From: Actinomycetes bacterium
Lineage (GTDB): Bacteria; Actinomycetota; Actinomycetes; S36-B12; UBA5976
Direction: 5' to 3'
NCBI GenBank assembly: GCA_037131045.1
Contig: JBAXRV010000001.1
Location: forward strand, 48,639-112,638
DNA length: 64,000 bases
Shown: positions 57,677 to 64,000 of the stretch, one piece after another
Position numbering within the stretch: position 1 is the stretch's first letter
Layout of the letters: every line of letters starts with the position of its first letter
The notes under the pieces: model-generated
Databases searched by the model: none
Seen by the model: only the letters and a program-made list of their open reading frames with translations
Told to the model about the DNA's origin: nothing
Program-made: the position numbers and the translations under genes

Positions 57677-58981
57677 TTAAACAATTCGCTCGATAATAAG
57701 CGGTAGGCGTTGGTGAATCTCAGCCTGCGTACCTATGGAATACGACTTGTTCAGTGCTTCGAGCGCATTAGGAAATCTTTCACTGTCATTTGTATGCAGC
57801 GTAAATAGCGACTGCCCAGCCCTGACTTCATCGCCTGGAAGTACGTGCCATTCAATTCCAGCACCCAGATCAAGAATGTCCTCTTTGCGAGCCCGACCTG
57901 CACCTAACCGCCACGATGCAACTCCAACATGGAAAGCATCAAGCTGGGTAACAAAGCCGTCTCGATCAGCCGTGACTTGGTGAGTCTCGAGAGCGACAGG
58001 AAGTGGAGCATCGACCTGGCCACCCTGTGCACTAATCATCTTGCGCCACACATCCATCGCAGTGCCGTCATTAAGTACTTGCGCAGGGTCGCGAGTTGGT
58101 TTTGCGCCGTTTGCGGTCGCCGCCTCGAGCATCTCGCGAGCCAATGCCACTGTGAGGTCGACAATATCGGATGGACCACCACCGGCAAGTACGTCGAGCA
58201 CTTCACGCACTTCGAGCGCATTGCCTGCAGTGCGACCAAGTGGGACATCCATCGCAGTGAGAAGCGCGCGAGTAACAACGCCAGCATCATTACCAATGTC
58301 GACCATGGTGGTTGCAAGTTCGCGAGCTTGCTCCACCGTTTTCATAAAAGCACCACTTCCAACCTTGACATCCAGCACTAATGCATCAGTGCCTTCAGCA
58401 ATTTTCTTACTCATAATGGAGGCTGAAATAAGTGGGATTGATTCGACTGTGGCTGTGACATCGCGCAAGGCATAGATTCGTCGATCGGCTGGTGCCAAGG
58501 TATCGCTAGCAGCACAGATAACAGCGCCGACCGATTTGAGCACATCAAACATTTCCTGGTTTGTCAGTTGTGCTCGCCATCCTGGAATGGATTCGAGTTT
58601 GTCTAGCGTGCCACCGGTATGCCCAAGCCCACGACCGGAAAGTTGCGGAACACTGACTCCACATGCTGCAACCACTGGATTGAGAACAAGTGTGATCTTG
58701 TCACCGACACCGCCGGTGGAATGCTTGTCAGCAGTTGTGGCACCAAGGGTTGACCAGTTCATGCGTTCGCCAGAATTCACATAAGCATTTGTCCATCGCA
58801 CAATTTCGCGTCTAGTCATACCGTTAAGCAGAATAGCCATCGCCATTGCGCTCATTTGTTCTTCAGCAATGACATAGCGAACGTATGCGTCGACAAACCA
58901 ATCAATTTGGGCGTCAGTCAATTCGTTGCGATCACGCTTTGCCGCAATAAGTTCAACGGCAGCAAATGGCTCGGTCGCCAT
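57677..58981 (-). CDS. deoA: Thymidine (pyrimidine-nucleoside) phosphorylase
   Basis: The ORF carries DKHSTGGVGDK and SGRGLGHTGGTLDKLESIPGW. Confidence 0.93.
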   Translation of the reverse strand: MATEPFAAVELIAAKRDRNELTDAQIDWFVDAYVRYVIAEEQMSAMAMAILLNGMTRREIVRWTNAYVNSGERMNWSTLGATTADKHSTGGVGDKITLVLNPVVAACGVSVPQLSGRGLGHTGGTLDKLESIPGWRAQLTNQEMFDVLKSVGAVICAASDTLAPADRRIYALRDVTATVESIPLISASIMSKKIAEGTDALVLDVKVGSGAFMKTVEQARELATTMVDIGNDAGVVTRALLTAMDVPLGRTAGNALEVREVLDVLAGGGPSDIVDLTVALAREMLEAATANGAKPTRDPAQVLNDGTAMDVWRKMISAQGGQVDAPLPVALETHQVTADRDGFVTQLDAFHVGVASWRLGAGRARKEDILDLGAGIEWHVLPGDEVRAGQSLFTLHTNDSERFPNALEALNKSYSIGTQAEIHQRLPLIIERIV

Positions 58982-58986
58982 AATTT

Positions 58987-59382
58987 TTAAACCCGCGTGA
59001 TGAGGTCGTCTGGCCCGAATGCATCAGGCAGAATCTCACTTAACGGCTTGATTCCGCTGACGCTGTCTAATAGGCAATCGGCGCCACCGTGTTCCCATAA
59101 CAACTGTCGGCACCGACCGCAGGGCATCAGTGCGTTGCCATGGCGGTCGACACACGCAACTGCAATGAGGCGTCCGCCACCACTGATGATGAGATTCGAA
59201 ACTAGTCCACATTCCGCACACAGACCAATGCCGTATGAAGCATTTTCAACATTGCACCCTGTGATGACGCGACCGTCATCCACTAACGCCGCTACCCCAA
59301 CTGGAAAATCTGAATACGGAGCGTATGCATTTTTCATTGCTGCCGTAGCTGCCTGCCGAAGTTGCGACCAGTCGATAGTCAT
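58987..59382 (-). CDS. cdd: Cytidine deaminase
   Basis: The zinc motifs are CAECGLV and PCGRCRQ. The start overlaps the upstream permease stop (TAATG). Confidence 0.93.
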   Translation of the reverse strand: MTIDWSQLRQAATAAMKNAYAPYSDFPVGVAALVDDGRVITGCNVENASYGIGLCAECGLVSNLIISGGGRLIAVACVDRHGNALMPCGRCRQLLWEHGGADCLLDSVSGIKPLSEILPDAFGPDDLITRV

Positions 59383-60596
59383 TAGTGACTCTCACCTTTT
59401 CGGAATGGTGCGCCATCTGCTGCGGGAGGCCGCAAATTTTGTGAGGCAGTTGCAAGTACCAGCAGCGTGGTGATGTAAGGAGCAACTTGCGCAACCTCTG
59501 GTGGGAAATTAGATGCCACTAAGAATGCGCCAATGAGAACAGCTCCTAGCAATGCAAAGCCAAGACCAGTTGATCGGCGAGCACTACGAAGGAGAAATAC
59601 GGAAATCATCAAGACGACAAGTGCGCCAATCAAAATAAGGCCGCGCACGTTTCTATTATCACTATCGATTAGCCGCAACGTATCTATGTAACCAAACATG
59701 ATGGCACCGGCTCCTGTGCCACCTGGTCGCCAGTTTCCAAAGATCATTGTTGCAAGACCAATAAAGCCTCGGCCTGCAGTTTGACCGTTTCGATAAATTG
59801 TGGATGCGATGGATAGGTAGGCTCCACCCAATCCGGCGAGCAGACCAGAAATAGTCACAGCCATGTACTTGTAGGTCGTAACTTTTACGCCGAGTGAGTC
59901 AGCTGCCCATGGATTTTCACCAGCACTTCGTAGTCGAAGTCCAAAGCGCGTGCGCCACAGCAACCAGCCTGTGCCAATAAACAGCAAGACGGTAATTACA
60001 GTCAAAAGCGAAAGTTGAAAGAAAAGTCCTGACAACAAACCCGCGGTATCGCTGATAAAAAATATTCCCTTATCGTGCAGCTGGATTAACGGATCTGCAA
60101 TCGCATTAATCGTAATCGTGGGAATCTCACCTGTAATGGGTGGTGATTGTGCTTGCCCACCACCGGGAGCATCTGTAAACAACAAAATAGCTAAGAACTT
60201 AGTCAGTCCAGTTGCTAACAAGTTGATTGCTGTTCCGGCGATGATTTGGTCGACACCAAAACTTACGGTTGCCACTGCAAGTAACAAGCCACCAAGTCCG
60301 CCGAATACAACGCCCGCCAACAATCCAGCCCAAGCACCCCACTGATAGCCAGCCCAGCCCGCACCAAACGTGCCAAGAATCATCATGCCTTCAAGGCCAA
60401 TGTTGACCACGCCAGCACGCTCTGACCAAATACCAGCAAGTCCAGCAAGTCCAATGGGCACTGCAAATCCAAGAGCCTGAGAAATTGTTACGGCACTGGT
60501 CAAGTCACCATTTGTTGTGATCGTACGAGTGATGGACAAAATGGCAATGCCCAAACCGAGCACCCCAATTAATCTTTGCTGTTTTGTGATGTTCAT
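59382..60596 (-). CDS. ABC transporter permease (nucleoside/BMP-type system)
   Basis: The 404-aa polytopic protein is translationally coupled to the neighbouring permease and to cdd. Confidence 0.85.
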   Translation of the reverse strand: MNITKQQRLIGVLGLGIAILSITRTITTNGDLTSAVTISQALGFAVPIGLAGLAGIWSERAGVVNIGLEGMMILGTFGAGWAGYQWGAWAGLLAGVVFGGLGGLLLAVATVSFGVDQIIAGTAINLLATGLTKFLAILLFTDAPGGGQAQSPPITGEIPTITINAIADPLIQLHDKGIFFISDTAGLLSGLFFQLSLLTVITVLLFIGTGWLLWRTRFGLRLRSAGENPWAADSLGVKVTTYKYMAVTISGLLAGLGGAYLSIASTIYRNGQTAGRGFIGLATMIFGNWRPGGTGAGAIMFGYIDTLRLIDSDNRNVRGLILIGALVVLMISVFLLRSARRSTGLGFALLGAVLIGAFLVASNFPPEVAQVAPYITTLLVLATASQNLRPPAADGAPFRKGESH

Positions 60597-61678
60597 GCGC
60601 TGACCGCCTGTGCTTCAAGTGCCTTAGCAACTCGGTTTTGTTCACTCTTAATTTGATTTCGTCGCACGATTTCGTAAGACATCACAACGACGAAAACAAT
60701 AAGTCCCTGCATGATGGTGGTGATTTCGCGAGGCACTCCCTCAAGAATGAGCTGACCACTGGATACATCGAGGAAAGCCCACAACAAAGCGCCAAAAGCA
60801 ATCCCTAATGGATTGTTGCGACCCAGCAACGCAATGGCAATTCCCGTGAAACCCCAATCGGTAGGGAAGTTCAAATTGTACGATGCTGCATCACCCAGCA
60901 GATAAGGAAGACCAACCAGGCCAGCAAGTGCTCCAGAAAGCAACATTGTGATGGTCGTCATTCTCTTGGCTTCGATACCACTGACGCGCGCAGCCGATGC
61001 GGAATGTCCGGTAGCTCTCAAGTCATACCCAAAGCGTGTGCGATTGAGAACAAACCAATACAAAATTCCAATAAAGATTGTGACAAAGAAGAAGCCATAA
61101 ACCTTGGTCTTGGGATCTATAAATGCCGAACCGCGAAGCATGCCGGATTCTGGAATTATTTGAGTTCCACGAATGTTCATCGCGGTTTCCGTGCCAATGC
61201 TGGTACGGATGATTAGGAAACTGATTATCGCAATGGCGATGAAGTTCAACATAATTGTTGAGATAACTTCGCTCACACCGCGTGCCACCTTGAGCCACGC
61301 TGCCACACCAGCCCAGGCCGCACCAACCAACATGGCCACTGCGATTGTGATGGTAAGCGAAATTGGTTTAGGAAGCGAAAGGTTTCCAGCAACAGCGCCG
61401 GCTGCTACAGCACCGAGTACGTACTGCCCGTTTACTCCAATGTTGAAGAGGTTCATTTTGAAGCCGATTGCTACTGCTAGCGCACTGAGAAAGTACGTCG
61501 TAGCTAGATTCAAGATCAGAGATTCAGCTCGCGGTGAGGTTCCATATTTAAGCATCGCGGAGAATACTCCAGATACGCTCGCGTGAATAAATACCAAGAT
61601 GGCGGCAGTGACCGCAATAGATACGACAACTCCAAGAAATGGCGCAATCAAACTTGTTAAGAAGCGGCGAAGTTTCAT
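60593..61678 (-). CDS. ABC transporter permease (nucleoside/BMP-type system)
   Basis: The 361-aa polytopic protein has 4-nt overlaps at both ends. Confidence 0.85.
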   Translation of the reverse strand: MKLRRFLTSLIAPFLGVVVSIAVTAAILVFIHASVSGVFSAMLKYGTSPRAESLILNLATTYFLSALAVAIGFKMNLFNIGVNGQYVLGAVAAGAVAGNLSLPKPISLTITIAVAMLVGAAWAGVAAWLKVARGVSEVISTIMLNFIAIAIISFLIIRTSIGTETAMNIRGTQIIPESGMLRGSAFIDPKTKVYGFFFVTIFIGILYWFVLNRTRFGYDLRATGHSASAARVSGIEAKRMTTITMLLSGALAGLVGLPYLLGDAASYNLNFPTDWGFTGIAIALLGRNNPLGIAFGALLWAFLDVSSGQLILEGVPREITTIMQGLIVFVVVMSYEIVRRNQIKSEQNRVAKALEAQAVSA

Positions 61679-63234
61679 GCAGACACCTTTCCAGCACCGG
61701 TCATTGCAGTTCCTAATTCTTCAGGTGTCACTGTTGCAGGGTTTGCATCGGCAACAAAGCGACCGCGTAGGAGAACTTTAATTGTGTCACTCAGACCAAT
61801 GAGTTCATCTAAGTCTGCTGAAATCAAAAGAACGGCAAGACCTTCTTCGCGAGCGCGCCGTAAGTGATCCCAGACTGCTGCTTGAGCGCCAACATCGATT
61901 CCACGTGTGGGGTGTGCTGCGATAAGAAGTTTTGGTGCACCAGACATTTCCCGACCCACAATTAACTTCTGTTGATTTCCCCCCGAAAGTGCACTTGCAA
62001 GGACGTTGATACCTGGCGTGCGCACATCAAATTCTTTGACAATGCGTTCGGTATCAGCCTTGGCTCCCTTTGGAGTGAGAAGAAATCCATTTGAGTTCGG
62101 TGACATTGTCTGATGTCCCAGCATGCGGTTTTCCCAGAGTGGGGCATTGAGCAAGAGTGCTTGGCGCTGGCGATCCTCGGGAATAAACCCGATTCCGAGC
62201 TCACGACGCTTTCGTGTCGTCACATTACTAATGTCTTCGGCCTTGAACTTTACAGTGCCAGTGGAGTCAATGATGCCCATCAGTGCGTCGAGAATCTCTG
62301 CCTGACCGTTACCTTCAACGCCAGCAATTCCAACGATTTCACCCGAACGAATTGAGAACGTGACATCGTCTACGACCGCTTTTCCGCCTGCGGCTAACAC
62401 AGTTAGATGTTCGACATCAAGCACAACTGTGTCGCGAATTGTGTTCCCGGGCGTTTCTGGTGTCGGAAGCTCCGAACCGACCATCATGACTGCTAGGTCT
62501 TCTGATGAAACGTGGGTTTCACGTGGGTTCACTGCCCCAACAGTTGTGCCGCGACGGATTACAGTAATTTCATCTGCAATCGCAAGTACTTCGTCAAGTT
62601 TGTGGCTAATGAAGATAATTGTGTTGCCAGCCTTTTTAAGTTCACGCAGAGTATCAAACAATTCGTTTACTTCATGAGGCACAAGAACTGCAGTCGGTTC
62701 GTCAAGAATTAAAATCTTTGCTCCCCGATAAAGCACCTTGAGAATCTCGATGCGTTGACGATCACCGACACCGAGGTTCGCTACGAGTACATCAGGGTTA
62801 ATGGACAAACCGTTAAGCGAAGCAATGTCGTTAATTTTTGTACGGGCTGCGGTGAAATTAATGAGTGGACCATTGTGCGGTTCACTTCCCAAAATAATAT
62901 TTTCCAGAACGGTGAAGTTATCAGCGAGCATAAAGTGCTGATGCACCATGCCGATTCCAGCTTCGATTGCATCGGCAGGTGATTCAAAATCTAATTTGGT
63001 TCCATTGATCAGAATTGTGCCTTCATCTGGCTCCTGCATGCCGTACAGAATTTTCATCAGCGTGGACTTGCCGGCACCATTTTCGCCAATGATGGCGTGC
63101 ACCGTTCCTTTAGTGACAGACAGGTTGATGTCGCTATTGGCGATGACGCCAGGGAATCGCTTCCAGATACCCCGAAGTTCTACGGCTGGTGCTTCACTAT
63201 TCATCTTGATGCAGTCACTTCCTTGTGCCGACAC
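61675..63234 (-). CDS. ABC transporter ATP-binding protein with duplicated ATPase domains
   Basis: The first domain has Walker A GENGAGKST, signature LGVGDRQR and Walker B ILILDEP. The second domain has GVEGNGQ and LSGGNQQK. The GTG start has an AGGAGA SD 8 nt upstream. Confidence 0.9.
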   Translation of the reverse strand: MSAQGSDCIKMNSEAPAVELRGIWKRFPGVIANSDINLSVTKGTVHAIIGENGAGKSTLMKILYGMQEPDEGTILINGTKLDFESPADAIEAGIGMVHQHFMLADNFTVLENIILGSEPHNGPLINFTAARTKINDIASLNGLSINPDVLVANLGVGDRQRIEILKVLYRGAKILILDEPTAVLVPHEVNELFDTLRELKKAGNTIIFISHKLDEVLAIADEITVIRRGTTVGAVNPRETHVSSEDLAVMMVGSELPTPETPGNTIRDTVVLDVEHLTVLAAGGKAVVDDVTFSIRSGEIVGIAGVEGNGQAEILDALMGIIDSTGTVKFKAEDISNVTTRKRRELGIGFIPEDRQRQALLLNAPLWENRMLGHQTMSPNSNGFLLTPKGAKADTERIVKEFDVRTPGINVLASALSGGNQQKLIVGREMSGAPKLLIAAHPTRGIDVGAQAAVWDHLRRAREEGLAVLLISADLDELIGLSDTIKVLLRGRFVADANPATVTPEELGTAMTGAGKVSA

Positions 63235-63263
63235 ATTATGTGTCTCCTAACTTATGACCTAGG

Positions 63264-63311
63264 CATAAAAAATTCAGGCTCGGGTGGAAAAAAAATCCAC
63301 CCGAGCCTGAA
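63264..63311 (-). terminator. Strong intrinsic terminator/attenuator after the BMP lipoprotein gene
   Basis: A 16-bp perfect stem TTCAGGCTCGGGTGGA / TCCACCCGAGCCTGAA has a 7-nt loop and is followed on the minus strand by TTTTTTAT. Confidence 0.8.
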
Positions 63312-63325
63312 CGAGGTAGTGCTAG

Positions 63326-64000
63326 TTACTTGGTAGCAACTGTGACGGTTCCTGCCTTGATTGCAGCAGCAGCAGCGTCAGCAGCAGCAGCGAAATCAGC
63401 GACAGCACTGTTCGAAGCTGAGTAGCCAACGCCGTCCTTAGCAAGATCGAAGTTCTGGACACCTGTAAGTGGTGCGCCATCAACTACGCCTTGAATTACG
63501 TCGTATACAGCTACGTCAACGCGCTTCAACATCGATGTCAGGATGAAATCCTTGTAATCAGCGAGTGAAGGAACGGTGTACTGATCGGAGTCAACGCCGA
63601 TAGCCCAGTGGCCAGCGCCAGCTTCCTTAATAGCCTGGAACATACCAAGACCTGATCCGCCGGCTGCTGCATAAATAACGTCAGCACCCTTGCCGATCAT
63701 TGCTGCAGAAGCAGCCTTTGCCTTGTCAGGAACGTTCCATGCAGTGTTGTCGCCAGCGGCGCCCATGTACTTGGAATCGATCTTGATGCTTGGGTTAACC
63801 GACTTAGCACCCTGGTCGAAGCCAGCTTCGAATGCCTTGATGAGGTCGATTTCCATGCCGCCGATGAAGCCAATGTGGCCACTCTTTGATGCTGATGCAG
63901 CAATAACGCCTACAAGGTATGAACCCTGCTCAGCAGCGAATACGAGGCTGCCTACGTTTGGTGCGTCAACAACTGAGTCAACGATTGCGAATGTGGTATT
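63326..64000 (-). CDS. BMP family (PnrA/Med-like) ABC substrate-binding lipoprotein, C-terminal part (the gene continues past the right edge)
   Basis: The frame stays open to position 64000. My own translation upstream of the track Met gives NTTFAIVDSVVDAPNVGSLVFAAEQGSYLVGVIAASASKSGHIGFIGG, followed by MEIDLIKAFEAGF... Confidence 0.85.
   Translation of the reverse strand, partial: NTTFAIVDSVVDAPNVGSLVFAAEQGSYLVGVIAASASKSGHIGFIGGMEIDLIKAFEAGFDQGAKSVNPSIKIDSKYMGAAGDNTAWNVPDKAKAASAAMIGKGADVIYAAAGGSGLGMFQAIKEAGAGHWAIGVDSDQYTVPSLADYKDFILTSMLKRVDVAVYDVIQGVVDGAPLTGVQNFDLAKDGVGYSASNSAVADFAAAADAAAAAIKAGTVTVATK

Noticed and set aside
1-64000. CRISPR arrays, IS elements, rRNA genes, and toxin-antitoxin or defence-system genes.
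   Set aside because: I saw no regularly spaced repeats and no transposase-, Cas-, nuclease- or NTPase-type defence signatures in any of the ORF translations. The only repeats seen are DnaA boxes, parS sites and short operator-like palindromes.

Overview
This window is the replication-origin region of an actinobacterial chromosome of roughly 50% GC, judged by eye. It is tightly packed, so the genome is probably streamlined. Almost all of it is conserved core. On the minus strand, leftwards from the origin, lie dnaA, oriC, dnaN, recF, dciA (DUF721), gyrB, gyrA, DUF3566, tRNA-Ile, a 37-aa DLW-39 ORF, tRNA-Ala, an MFS gene and the start of dnaB. Rightwards lie rpmH-rnpA-yidD-yidC-jag-rsmG-parA-parB with three parS sites. 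Next comes cwlM-trxA-trxB, a pseudokinase, murJ, DUF6049 and cca. Then come ino1-padR, DUF5318, ponA, an alanine-racemase-like gene with femX, nfo and rpsF-ssb-rpsR-rplI. The division/cell-wall signalling block follows: ppiA, rhomboid, crgA, DUF881, trpG, pknB, pbpA, rodA, pstP, fhaB, fhaA and tRNA-Leu. From about 48.4 to 57.6 kb, after tRNA-Leu, the genes look accessory: a flavin monooxygenase, a secreted EEP nuclease/phosphatase, YciI, glutathione peroxidase, a Cys-rich secreted beta-propeller/Ig protein, a tandem-duplicated TetR, a phospho-sugar mutase and a cupin. The window ends in a nucleoside uptake/salvage operon (BMP lipoprotein, ABC ATPase, two permeases, cdd, deoA). I found no CRISPR array, transposase, integrase, prophage, toxin-antitoxin pair, recognisable defence system or biosynthetic cluster, and I cannot point to a clear novel multi-gene system. 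The things most worth a second look are listed here:
- A (TAG)x4 DnaA-trio-like run inside oriC.
- Two perfect tandem DnaA boxes between crgA and the DUF881 gene, and another box cluster upstream of dnaB.
- An apparent origin-spanning inversion that swapped the usual rplI-dnaB and tRNA-Ala-ppiA adjacencies.
- A tRNA-flanked micro-ORF (DLW-39).
- A MurJ-associated pseudokinase encoded as a separate gene.
- A natural single-chain double TetR next to a low-GC secreted beta-propeller protein.
All calls come from reading the sequence and the ORF translations. No database search was run.
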